Shown here: piece after piece, positions 8,379 through 17,432 of the stretch
Layout: every line of letters starts with the position of its first letter
Numbering within the stretch: position 1 is the first letter of the stretch
DNA from: a virus
Lineage: Duplodnaviria; Caudoviricetes
IMG/VR virus record: IMGVR_UViG_3300025267_000107
Span: 1 to 24,904 of that record
Strand: one strand, 5' to 3'
Length of the DNA stretch: 24,904 bases
Notes under the pieces: generated by a model
The model's input: only the letters and a program-made list of their open reading frames with translations
Database searches by the model: none
Told to the model about the DNA's origin: nothing
Program-made: the position numbers and the translations under genes

Positions 8379-11300
8379 TGCCTCACGCTTGGTGGCACCA
8401 GTGGGGTGAACCTGAAACCCTGATGCAACGCAGGGACAGGGAACGCCGTGAACTTGAGCAACTTGCCCAAGAGCGGATGCAGTTTGCCCAGCAACCACAA
8501 CAGCCTTCTGCTCCTCCTCCTGTTCCCGTACCCCAGCCACAGGCTCCACAAGACCCGTCCGTATGGAAGAAGTATCTATGGGACAGAGACCCTGAATCCA
8601 AGTTTTTCCCCGGACTGGGCACAGAACTTGGTCAGATAGCCTCATTACCACCTGTCGAGTGGGCACTATCTAAGGTAGGGGACGTACATGAGGGTGTTGC
8701 AAAGCCATTTGCCGGGGAGATAGCACGAACTATCCCCGTTAGACGGGAAGATACCGGAACTGGTCTCAACTGGGATGCTTTTGAGCAGTACGTAGACCCT
8801 GAATTTCCGGGTATCTCTGGACGCAGGGGAATAAGGGCTAATCCGATACTGGATAATCCTATAATCCGTGCTTTTGCAGCTCCTCTGGCAGAATGGACAG
8901 ACAAACCTATATTGCCCCGTACCGATACTGTACGAGAGCAGCGTATCTCTGAAGAAGCAGCACGCAAAGAGGTAGAAACAGGAATACCAGCTACCCAGCG
9001 TGAGCGTAGAGAGATAAGCCAAGACTTATACAAGCTGCCTCCCGGTGTTCTTGGAACCCTAGAAGAGCTTCCTTGGTTTGCCCTGCCAGAAGCACGGGCA
9101 GTACAGGGATTATCCCGTGCTGCACGTACAGGTCAGGGACTCAGTACTACAGGCAGGCTTGGAAGGGCTGCTCCTGTAGCCCGTGGCGCACTACGAGCTA
9201 CTGAGCTTGCATTAACTCCAATTGCCCGTATGGAACAGGCTCTTGCTGCAACTATCAAGGCACCATTTCAGTTAGTCGGGGCAGCTGGCCGTGGTGCCAG
9301 AAGCGCATTGTTATCTACTCCAGTATTAAACAGAAGACAGGTATCTGTTTTATCAGGAAGAATACTTAAACTTGCTAACGATATGATTGACGGTCTTGAG
9401 GTAGGTGGAGAGACACAGACCTTTACCCCGGCTCAGGCAGTAGGGCTATCGAATAACGTATTCCATAGATTTACAGGGATACGCAGTCAGTTCAGGATTC
9501 AGGACGGCCGTGCTGCATTGAATCCCAATGCTATAGTTCCTGACAGGGTTCGTGTAAGAGAGGTAGGTGACGTGGCAGCTGAGGTACTTGCCGAACCAGA
9601 CGTACGTGTGACACCAGAACCTGTAACTGCACGCCGTGCAATCATGGGAGGAGATGTGCCAGAAGGTGAAGTAATACCATTTACTCCTCCTGAGCCTGCC
9701 CCTGTACCTACAGCAGCAGTGACAGAGGTACCAGTTCCTACTACAAGACTAGTAGAAGGATTTGCTGACGGAAATGTTGTACCTAGAACTCCTGAAGGTA
9801 ATGCTCCCGAAGTTTTATATAGAGCTATGGATAGACAACAATATGATGATGCTGTAGAGCGAGGGGTACTTGAAGCAGCACCCGGAGGGGATAGAAGAAT
9901 ATATGCTGCTGGCGAACCTAGACTTCAATTTATAGATGACCCCTCTAGACCTGCTGTTCTAGTTGCAATTGATTATTCGGATGCTGATGGTTGGACAGCT
10001 AGATACGCATCAACTGCTGCTGATGGTACACAGGAAGTGTCAGCAGTAACTTCTAATCCTATTCCAATATCAAAAGTTTCAATAGTCGCTGAAGGTAACA
10101 ACAGAAGACAATTAACAGACAATCTCAACGTATTACAACGTGGACTAGAACCGATACCTGCAGCAGCAGCCCCTGAAGCTCGTTTAACTGATGAGGAATT
10201 AGTTACACGTATTGCTGGAGATATAGAGGCTACCAGAATAAGAGAGAATGAAGAGCTTATAGAAAGAGTTGTTGCCGAGATAGACCCGGCACGACTTAAT
10301 GATGAGGCACTGATATCTCGTCTGGTTCAGGAAATAGACCCTGCCCCGTTAACAGATGAGCAACTTCTGACACGTGTTGCGGAATCAATAGAGCCACCTG
10401 TACGTGCAGCAGAGCCACCACCGGGAACACAGATAGCAAGGGCTATTCCTCCAACACGTGCAGCGGAAGCAGCAATCACTGGTGTTGGCCCCACCGAGGC
10501 AGCGGTGCCATCGGTTCAGGAGTTTCAACCCAGTTCTTTTATTGAGCGTCGTCGTGAGCTTGGTGATGCTGGTCACGCTGCTATTGAAGAAGGAGCTGCA
10601 TCAGGTATTCCACAGACCAATACTACAAAGTCTGGAATGGATGCTCCCAATGTAATAGCACGAAACATAAAGGACAGATTCCCGTTTTCTGCTGATACCT
10701 ACGTCAAGATGATGTTTTCATGGTGGGATTCCACTTTCGGGTTACGGCTTCTGCAGGATAACTATTTCCGTTCCAAGCATCCCGGTGCCATATTCCGTGC
10801 TGGCAGTAAAGAGGATGTGATTTCTGGAATTGTTTTATCTGCTGGTGCGCCGTTACGTGGAGCAGCGAGATATACAAACTTCATCAGGTACGATATAGAA
10901 CCTATACTCGCAAAGGGTGTTACTCAGGCACATATAGAAAGATATCTGCAGTTTAAACACTGGCCTTTTATCGAGGAAGGTGCAAGGCTACAGAAGAAGA
11001 AATTACCAGATATTATTGACCCGGTTACTGGAGAGAGAACATCATCTGAGAATCTTCTTAAATGGGATGACGAGTTAAGAGCTGAGTACACTAAAGAGCA
11101 GTACGACGCTCTTGTTGAGGGAGCAGAGAAGGCACGTGACCTTTACTCGGAGATGCGTATGCGTCTTCGTGATGAAGGTATTATCAGTCCAAAGGTTCAT
11201 GATGAGTTAAAGGCCAAGTATCCGTGGTATAACCCTATCGAGTACATCGAATTTGCCGATGCAGAGGCAAGAGGGTTATCCAGTACTAATAGATTCAGCG

Positions 11301-14300
11301 TGGAATCTGACGGAATATATGCCTACAGTGAGAACCCTGAGGTAATGGGAGCGTTACCACCTCTTGGTGACACGATGCTGCGTAAGCTCATACAGACAGA
11401 ACTACGTATTACCCGTAACGATGTGACCAAGAACGTGGTACGTATGGGAATAGCAGAAGAGATTGGCCTTAAAGATTTAAGCGATAAGTTCATAAGAAAG
11501 GCAATCCCGTATAACGAAGAGGCAGCGTCAGGATACTTCTCCTTCTACGAGGGTGGAGAAAGAATGGTCTACGGAGCTGCCGATGGTGGCCCGGTTCCCA
11601 AGTGGCTCTGGGATGCTGTTAACGGACGTTCAGGACTTTCCACACGTGGAGTAACTGAGGCACATAAGATATTTGCAGCAACAAACGGGTATTTTCGTTC
11701 TGTTCATACCACGTATAACCCTCTCTTCTTTACCAGAAATGCCCTTATAGACTCCTATACCGTGATGCTTCGTGCTGGTATAGGTCCACACAGAAGCATA
11801 ATACGTATTATCCAGAGTCTGTATAAAGCTGCTATCAATGGTGAAGACAGACTTGCAGAGATGTCCCAGTACATGGGTGGCTATCAGGCTCGGTATTTTG
11901 AGGTTAATGCTGCATATAAACGTATACAGAGAGAACTACAGGAAGCAGGTCATGTTGATAATGCCCGTGTTATTGATGACCCGACAGGAAAGAAACTAGA
12001 TAAAGCATTACGGGATAGTGTGAGAGATGGAACTATCCGTAACTTTGGACGTAAGTTAAGGCGTGCAATACCTGCTACTGGTGAGGCTATCGAGCAGGCT
12101 CCACGATTAAAGGTATTTGAGAAATCCCTTAAGAAGCTGATAGGAAAACAGGAATACGATAGGTTAATGAATCTGTCCCGTGAGGATTTCCAGAGGGAAA
12201 TGCTGGATAGCTGGGTGCCACGATTTGATGTGGATGGCAGTGTTATCGACAATCCACAGTCACGTGGGTTTGGGCTTGCTGATTCTTCCGAAGGAAGACA
12301 TTCAGCACATAATGGTATAGAGGCAACGATTAACTTTGGTCGTGGCGGTGACCAAGTTAGGTATTTTAATAACTATTTCTTATTTCTAAATGCTGCTGCG
12401 GAAGGTTTCAAGTTACCGTGGCGAGCTTTAGGGATTAATCTACATCCAGAGATACGGCCTGTCCGTAATCCAGTACGTGGTGGCCCACAGTTTGAATGGG
12501 GTTCGATAAGTGAGCAGGTTAAAAACTATGTACCTAGCAGTCGGTGGCTTCCCGAAGGAATAAGAGGTACACCGAAGGGCGTTACATCTAAATACATGGA
12601 TGTGGCTACTGGTGGACCTATGGCTGCTGCATTCCGCATATCTATGGGGATGATGACTTACTGGACCATATTAAATCACTGGAATAAGCGTGAGAAGTAT
12701 AACGATATTCCTCTTTTCTATGATGTCCCAAAGTACATCAGGTATAACGCCATGATTTTTATGCTTCATGCAGAAAGGGATGAGAATGGAGACTACATAT
12801 TAGACCCACGAACAAATCGTCCTACTCCAAGATACATAGTCATTCCTCATAAGTTACGGGAATGGAATATGTTAATGCAGAATATAACTTTACTGGATGA
12901 GATTACAGATGAAGAGGTTCCTTTTGATAAAGAACAGTTGGCTATAGAAGTGTTCAAAAGCACATCTCCTATCAGTGATATTCCATCACCAGAAATACTT
13001 AAATCTTTTGGTGAAGAGATATTTGGATATGACACATGGAGACGGGCACCTATCGTAGACCCTGATTTAGAAGGCAGGGAACTTGAAGAGCAGTATATTC
13101 CGACTACATCAGAAACTGCACGTAGGATGGCAGGGCTGGGAGAGTATGCTTCAGAAAATATACCTATGCCGGAGTTTGTGGACAATATAATAGGAAGTCC
13201 TCAGAGGGTTAACCATCTATATGAGAGTTTCTTTGGTGGGGCTGGTCGTCTGGTAACCTCTGGTGCCGATTCTGTGATGCACATTATAGATGACCTCTGG
13301 AAACTCAATGACCGTCCGATGGAACAGAAGGTTGCTGACTATCGTGAGATGGACAGGGTATCCCGTAATGAGTTTCGTACTGCTTTAACAGAAGAAGAAT
13401 ACGAAGAGTTTGACCGTGAGTTACGTATGCCCCGTAAGGAGATTCCTTTCTGGGATGCGATGCTTAATTCCTTTGCCCCTGCCAGAGGGGGAGGATTACG
13501 TGAGACAGCACGTGCAGAGACTGAACGGCTCTTTGGTGGTCAGGTATCTGAAGAAGATGTAAGAAATGCAGGAAGGACTACCAGTCGTGTAAGACAAGCT
13601 CTTACCATAGAACAGGTAGAGAACGATAACAAGCTGGAGAACTGGACAAGGGGAGCTAGGACAAATGTTTTATCTCCTAGTGAATGGCGTGCAAAGAAGT
13701 CAGAAAAATGGGCTAAGTTTGAAGGCGCAGAGCTAGCCATATCAAAGATTTACCATCGGTCAATACAGAATCAGTCACCTGAAGTAAGAGATGCGTATTA
13801 CGATTCTCTTTATACCGCAGCAGGCAAGATGGAGGATATGAGGGTAGGTGTGGATTTACTGCTTGCCGGGTACTACGCTATCGAACCCGTAAGCGATGAC
13901 CCTGACAATATAGAATGGAGTAATTTCTTTGAGGCAAGAAGAGAGTACGTAGAAAATATACGGGTATCTTCTGAAGCTGCCAGAGATACAACCCATGCCG
14001 ATTTTATGCGTGCCTTAAGTGCTAACGATACTCCACGGGAAAAAGCATACGACGAGTCCAGAGCATTAATGGGGCCATACTGGGACATAGGAAGAGACAT
14101 TAACCAGCTGGCACCTAATGCAACGCAAACCATGCCCCAGATAGCCCAGAAGTGGAACGAGTACCTTAGTTTTGACAGGGGTAGAAAGCAGCAGATGTAC
14201 GATTCTGACAGGCAGATTCAAACCCTTGTTAAAAGAAGGTCTGATTTAAGAAAACAGCATGTTATCCAGAGTGCCCAGACAGAAGGTTATCCCTATCTGG

Positions 14301-14431
14301 ATATGGCCCTTGTTTTCTGGTACGGAGATTTCTATCAGCCTGTAACTGATATAGGAAAGCGTTATCATAATAGGATGTATCGAACTGGTGAAGGTGGATA
14401 TATGCCACATCAACCATCGGGAACCCGTTGA
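8378..14431 (+). CDS. Giant multidomain (polyvalent-type) internal virion/ejection protein, 2017 aa
   Basis: 6-kb ORF. EATINFGRGG..YFLFLNAAAEG (about 12320-12410) and SVHTTYNPLFFTRNALIDS resemble conserved blocks of large polyvalent phage proteins (LPD38-associated); ART-like insert near 9750-10140. Confidence 0.7.
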   Translation: MPHAWWHQWGEPETLMQRRDRERRELEQLAQERMQFAQQPQQPSAPPPVPVPQPQAPQDPSVWKKYLWDRDPESKFFPGLGTELGQIASLPPVEWALSKVGDVHEGVAKPFAGEIARTIPVRREDTGTGLNWDAFEQYVDPEFPGISGRRGIRANPILDNPIIRAFAAPLAEWTDKPILPRTDTVREQRISEEAARKEVETGIPATQRERREISQDLYKLPPGVLGTLEELPWFALPEARAVQGLSRAARTGQGLSTTGRLGRAAPVARGALRATELALTPIARMEQALAATIKAPFQLVGAAGRGARSALLSTPVLNRRQVSVLSGRILKLANDMIDGLEVGGETQTFTPAQAVGLSNNVFHRFTGIRSQFRIQDGRAALNPNAIVPDRVRVREVGDVAAEVLAEPDVRVTPEPVTARRAIMGGDVPEGEVIPFTPPEPAPVPTAAVTEVPVPTTRLVEGFADGNVVPRTPEGNAPEVLYRAMDRQQYDDAVERGVLEAAPGGDRRIYAAGEPRLQFIDDPSRPAVLVAIDYSDADGWTARYASTAADGTQEVSAVTSNPIPISKVSIVAEGNNRRQLTDNLNVLQRGLEPIPAAAAPEARLTDEELVTRIAGDIEATRIRENEELIERVVAEIDPARLNDEALISRLVQEIDPAPLTDEQLLTRVAESIEPPVRAAEPPPGTQIARAIPPTRAAEAAITGVGPTEAAVPSVQEFQPSSFIERRRELGDAGHAAIEEGAASGIPQTNTTKSGMDAPNVIARNIKDRFPFSADTYVKMMFSWWDSTFGLRLLQDNYFRSKHPGAIFRAGSKEDVISGIVLSAGAPLRGAARYTNFIRYDIEPILAKGVTQAHIERYLQFKHWPFIEEGARLQKKKLPDIIDPVTGERTSSENLLKWDDELRAEYTKEQYDALVEGAEKARDLYSEMRMRLRDEGIISPKVHDELKAKYPWYNPIEYIEFADAEARGLSSTNRFSVESDGIYAYSENPEVMGALPPLGDTMLRKLIQTELRITRNDVTKNVVRMGIAEEIGLKDLSDKFIRKAIPYNEEAASGYFSFYEGGERMVYGAADGGPVPKWLWDAVNGRSGLSTRGVTEAHKIFAATNGYFRSVHTTYNPLFFTRNALIDSYTVMLRAGIGPHRSIIRIIQSLYKAAINGEDRLAEMSQYMGGYQARYFEVNAAYKRIQRELQEAGHVDNARVIDDPTGKKLDKALRDSVRDGTIRNFGRKLRRAIPATGEAIEQAPRLKVFEKSLKKLIGKQEYDRLMNLSREDFQREMLDSWVPRFDVDGSVIDNPQSRGFGLADSSEGRHSAHNGIEATINFGRGGDQVRYFNNYFLFLNAAAEGFKLPWRALGINLHPEIRPVRNPVRGGPQFEWGSISEQVKNYVPSSRWLPEGIRGTPKGVTSKYMDVATGGPMAAAFRISMGMMTYWTILNHWNKREKYNDIPLFYDVPKYIRYNAMIFMLHAERDENGDYILDPRTNRPTPRYIVIPHKLREWNMLMQNITLLDEITDEEVPFDKEQLAIEVFKSTSPISDIPSPEILKSFGEEIFGYDTWRRAPIVDPDLEGRELEEQYIPTTSETARRMAGLGEYASENIPMPEFVDNIIGSPQRVNHLYESFFGGAGRLVTSGADSVMHIIDDLWKLNDRPMEQKVADYREMDRVSRNEFRTALTEEEYEEFDRELRMPRKEIPFWDAMLNSFAPARGGGLRETARAETERLFGGQVSEEDVRNAGRTTSRVRQALTIEQVENDNKLENWTRGARTNVLSPSEWRAKKSEKWAKFEGAELAISKIYHRSIQNQSPEVRDAYYDSLYTAAGKMEDMRVGVDLLLAGYYAIEPVSDDPDNIEWSNFFEARREYVENIRVSSEAARDTTHADFMRALSANDTPREKAYDESRALMGPYWDIGRDINQLAPNATQTMPQIAQKWNEYLSFDRGRKQQMYDSDRQIQTLVKRRSDLRKQHVIQSAQTEGYPYLDMALVFWYGDFYQPVTDIGKRYHNRMYRTGEGGYMPHQPSGTR
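10184..10393 (+). repeat. Four tandem about 19-aa helical repeats in the giant protein
   Basis: LTDEELVTRIAGDIE / RENEELIERVVAEID / LNDEALISRLVQEID / LTDEQLLTRVAESIE. Confidence 0.8.
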
Positions 14432-14456
14432 CAGTAGGGTATACTAAGGTTATTTT
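14428..14456 (+). promoter_or_regulatory. Sigma70-type promoter for the scaffold/capsid genes
   Basis: Perfect -35 TTGACA (14428-14433), 17-nt spacer, -10 TATTTT (14451-14456), followed by GAGGT SD and ATG 14471. Confidence 0.7.
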
Positions 14457-14470
14457 AAGTCGAGGTAATT

Positions 14471-15256
14471 ATGGTTAATCAGGCAGAACAACCAGATACA
14501 ACACAGGCACCAGCCCCGGAAACGGGTGATTCAACTACGGATATCACCTCTGAATTTGAAGGGGTTAATACCTTTGAGGATACTGATACATCACCTGATG
14601 TAGATACTCCTGTATCTGAGGCTCCTGATACACCAGCAGAGGCTTCTGATACACCTGTTGCTCCTGTTGCCGAAGCTCCTCCCGTACAGGAGCCTGCTCC
14701 AGAGCCATCCCCTGATATGGATGAGCTGCAGAGAAGGTTACAAACGGTAGAGCAACAGAACCAGCAGTACCAGCAGGGTCAGTTGCAGGCACAGTGGCAG
14801 CAACAGGCTGCACAGGTACAGCATAATCTGGAACAACAGGGCTACTTACCAGACCAAGCGCAGCAGATGACGCAATCTTGGATGGCACAGCAGAATCAGG
14901 CGTTTCAGACACAACAGAATCACCAGCAAGAGTTACAGTACATTCAGGGTCAGTCTAACGCAGCGGAACATTTCGCTACGAAATACGACCTGAAGATGAC
15001 TGACCTTGCCAGATTAAAGCAGTATGATAACCCTCAGAGCATGGAAGACGCTGCAAAAGACATCAAGGCTCGAAGAGACCTTGAAAATGAACTCGCTACG
15101 CTGAAGGCTGAACGAGTTCCGTCGCAGAGTTTTGACGATAGTCAAAGTTCTCCGGCTGCTTCCACCGATGAGGATAGATGGCTTGAGAGATACAATCAAG
15201 GTGACAGGTCTGCTCAAGCACAATCAGCAGCACGAAGGGCTGCTGGGCTAGGATAA
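14471..15256 (+). CDS. Capsid scaffolding protein
   Basis: 261 aa with acidic Pro-rich N-terminus, Gln-rich coiled coil and short basic C-terminus; immediately upstream of the capsid gene. Confidence 0.75.
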   Translation: MVNQAEQPDTTQAPAPETGDSTTDITSEFEGVNTFEDTDTSPDVDTPVSEAPDTPAEASDTPVAPVAEAPPVQEPAPEPSPDMDELQRRLQTVEQQNQQYQQGQLQAQWQQQAAQVQHNLEQQGYLPDQAQQMTQSWMAQQNQAFQTQQNHQQELQYIQGQSNAAEHFATKYDLKMTDLARLKQYDNPQSMEDAAKDIKARRDLENELATLKAERVPSQSFDDSQSSPAASTDEDRWLERYNQGDRSAQAQSAARRAAGLG

Positions 15257-15281
15257 ACCCAAGTAATTAAGGAGGTCTGTC

Positions 15282-16160
15282 ATGGCACAGACAGCAACAA
15301 CGGGCAATCTTGAAAATGCCCAGCGCATAATCATTAGTTCGGCCCGGTACACAGAAGAGCATAATGCTCCTGCCGTAGCACTCACTGAGCAGTTTAAGCT
15401 GCCCAAGGGAGCCAAGCAGGTAACCGTTCCCAAGGTTGGGACGATGACGATGAGTGACCTAGTAGATGGTCAGGACATAGTAGACGAGGAAGAAATCGGG
15501 ATGACAACCGTTGACCTTACCGCAGCAGAAGTTGGTGCGAAGGTTATCCTCACCGATAAGCTCGTCAGGCAGTCCGCACCTAATGTCTTCTCCATCATAG
15601 GAAGACAGCTTGGTGATGGCATGGCACGAAAGAAAGACGGAGATATTCTTGCTCTCTATACGAACCTTAATGAGGGCACTCTTCTTGGTGGTACGGGGCC
15701 AACATACATGAAAGCCTCTAACCTGCAGGGCATTATTGCCTATGCCAAGGCCAATAAGTTTGGTAGCCAGCTCTACATACTCCACCATCCTAATGCGGTG
15801 GCATATCTATCTAAAGAAACTGCGGTTGTAGCATCTGCTGGTTCTAACTCTGTTCCAGAGGGATGGTCTGCAGACTTGCTTTCAAACTTCTGGAGTGGGT
15901 TGAGGCCCATGAATAACGTCCCTATATTTGAGGACGGTAATATTACAGAAGACAGTGGTAATGATGGTATTGGAGTTATAGCTGACAAGTCCGCTATGGC
16001 TACGCTTACGAGCGTGGATACACGGACAGAGAGACAGAGAGATGCTTCTCTCAGGGCTACAGAAGTTGTAATGACTGCTGACTACGGTGTATTTGAACTT
16101 GATGATACCCGTGGCGCAGGTGTTAAATTTGATATATCTGCTTTGTCTACTGCTAACTAG
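15282..16160 (+). CDS. Major capsid protein (HK97 fold)
   Basis: Strong SD TAAGGAGGT; 292 aa; HK97-like segments VTVPKVG, VILTDKLVRQS..IGRQLGDGMARKKD, ILHHP, ERQRDASLRATEVVMTADYGVFEL. Confidence 0.85.
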   Translation: MAQTATTGNLENAQRIIISSARYTEEHNAPAVALTEQFKLPKGAKQVTVPKVGTMTMSDLVDGQDIVDEEEIGMTTVDLTAAEVGAKVILTDKLVRQSAPNVFSIIGRQLGDGMARKKDGDILALYTNLNEGTLLGGTGPTYMKASNLQGIIAYAKANKFGSQLYILHHPNAVAYLSKETAVVASAGSNSVPEGWSADLLSNFWSGLRPMNNVPIFEDGNITEDSGNDGIGVIADKSAMATLTSVDTRTERQRDASLRATEVVMTADYGVFELDDTRGAGVKFDISALSTAN

Positions 16161-16169
16161 GAGTAGTAC

Positions 16170-16574
16170 GTGGTAACGAACATAACTGAGCGAAATAAGC
16201 TGAAACAGGAACTGGCAGGTCTGGGCTATTCCATGTCGTATATAGACGAATGGCAACCCAAGACTACCCTGTACCGACACACTCCTTCATATAATGTGGA
16301 TGGTGCCTTACAGGATACAGTGGGTACATCAGTATCTAATGTTCCCGGTAATCCTGATTACATTAAGCGGAAGGCTCAGATAGGTTTGTTCACATGGAAG
16401 CCCAATGAAGGGTGTGAGTGTCGGTGGTGTAGAGAGACTGACTGGAAGAGCATGGAGCCGACAACGGCTAAAGGGTTCTGTGATGCTTGTGGCTTTGAGG
16501 CAGAGGCCAAGAACAGCGCAGGAGTATCTTCCAAGCTGACTTTCCATAAACGGGCACAGCACCCAGATGTATAA
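16170..16574 (+). CDS. Hypothetical protein with CxCxxC and C2H2-like zinc-binding motifs
   Basis: GTG start after TAGGAG; CECRWC and CDAC..HKRAQH at the C-terminus. Confidence 0.7.
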   Translation: MVTNITERNKLKQELAGLGYSMSYIDEWQPKTTLYRHTPSYNVDGALQDTVGTSVSNVPGNPDYIKRKAQIGLFTWKPNEGCECRWCRETDWKSMEPTTAKGFCDACGFEAEAKNSAGVSSKLTFHKRAQHPDV

Positions 16575-16575
16575 T

Positions 16576-16682
16576 AGAGTCCTGAGAGTTGTAACGATTG
16601 ACCGTGGCTCTCAGGATTCTCTAAATAATTAACGGTTGGTCGCAGGGGTTAGCCCTGTAATAAGTAACCTTTAAGGAGGTTA
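16576..16682 (+). ncRNA. Candidate structured cis-regulatory RNA (long hairpin, possible pseudoknot, two small hairpins)
   Basis: Stem 16576-16588/16608-16620; loop 16595-16605 complementary to 16632-16642; hairpins 16643-16657 and 16665-16682, the last covering the SD. Confidence 0.5.
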
Positions 16683-16685
16683 GAT

Positions 16686-17432
16686 ATGTCTTTTCCACAA
16701 ACAATAATGGGAAAATATGGATGGGAAAAAGTAACTACTACTGCCCAAAAACAGAAAGTAGGTACTCGTATGCAGATTGGCGAAAGAGATTTTATGTACG
16801 TTAAAACTGGTGAAGCAGTAACTGCTGGGCTACTTGTTATGCAACAGGTTGGCGATACTGCCGATGACCTTGACTTAACTACATCGGCAGACATATCTGC
16901 TGGTGATACTACAATGACTCTTTCAACTTCTTTAACTCTTACTAAAGACCAGTACAAAGACGGATGGCTTATCTTCAATGACATTGGAGAAGAAGGTCAT
17001 ATGTACAGAATCAAAGGTAATACTGCTGTGAGCAGTGCTGCTGGGGCGGTAATTACTATAGATGAAGAAGATGGTTTTCACGCAGCAATTTCTAGTGGTG
17101 CTTCAGCCATCCAATGTGGACTAACTGCTAATCCGTACAGTGCAGTTGAGATTTATGATTACAACGGAATAGAAGGTGCCCCTCTTGGTTGGTCATGTGT
17201 TGATATAGCTTCAGGCTCTTACGGCTGGATTTGTGTTGGAGGTCCAACTCTTGCACTTATTACAGGTACTCCTGACGAGGGAGTAGCTTTAGTTGCATCT
17301 AAAAATACTCGTGATGGTGGAGTTGAGGTTCTGGATTCTGATGATGACGGAGAAGGAACCATAGTTGCGTACATGGGCAACTCAACTGGAGTTGACGGAG
17401 AATACGCACTTATAATGACAAACATTAGGTAA
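16686..17432 (+). CDS. Putative capsid decoration/cement or minor capsid protein
   Basis: Strong SD TAAGGAGGT; 248 aa, Gly/Ala/Thr-rich beta-type; KVGTRM..FMYVK and SYGWICVGGP resemble decoration proteins found after MCP genes. Confidence 0.55.
   Translation: MSFPQTIMGKYGWEKVTTTAQKQKVGTRMQIGERDFMYVKTGEAVTAGLLVMQQVGDTADDLDLTTSADISAGDTTMTLSTSLTLTKDQYKDGWLIFNDIGEEGHMYRIKGNTAVSSAAGAVITIDEEDGFHAAISSGASAIQCGLTANPYSAVEIYDYNGIEGAPLGWSCVDIASGSYGWICVGGPTLALITGTPDEGVALVASKNTRDGGVEVLDSDDDGEGTIVAYMGNSTGVDGEYALIMTNIR

Noticed and set aside
8378-14431. Giant ORF as tape measure protein or virion RNA polymerase
   Set aside because: No tail tube or chaperone genes nearby, no tape-measure periodicity, and no RNA polymerase catalytic motif recognised.
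14440-14445. TATACT as the -10 element of the capsid promoter
   Set aside because: Only 6 nt from TTGACA; TATTTT at 17-nt spacing fits the geometry.
16572-16642. Readthrough or frameshift signal at the end of ORF 16170
   Set aside because: Tandem stops TAA TAG precede the stem and no slippery heptamer is evident.
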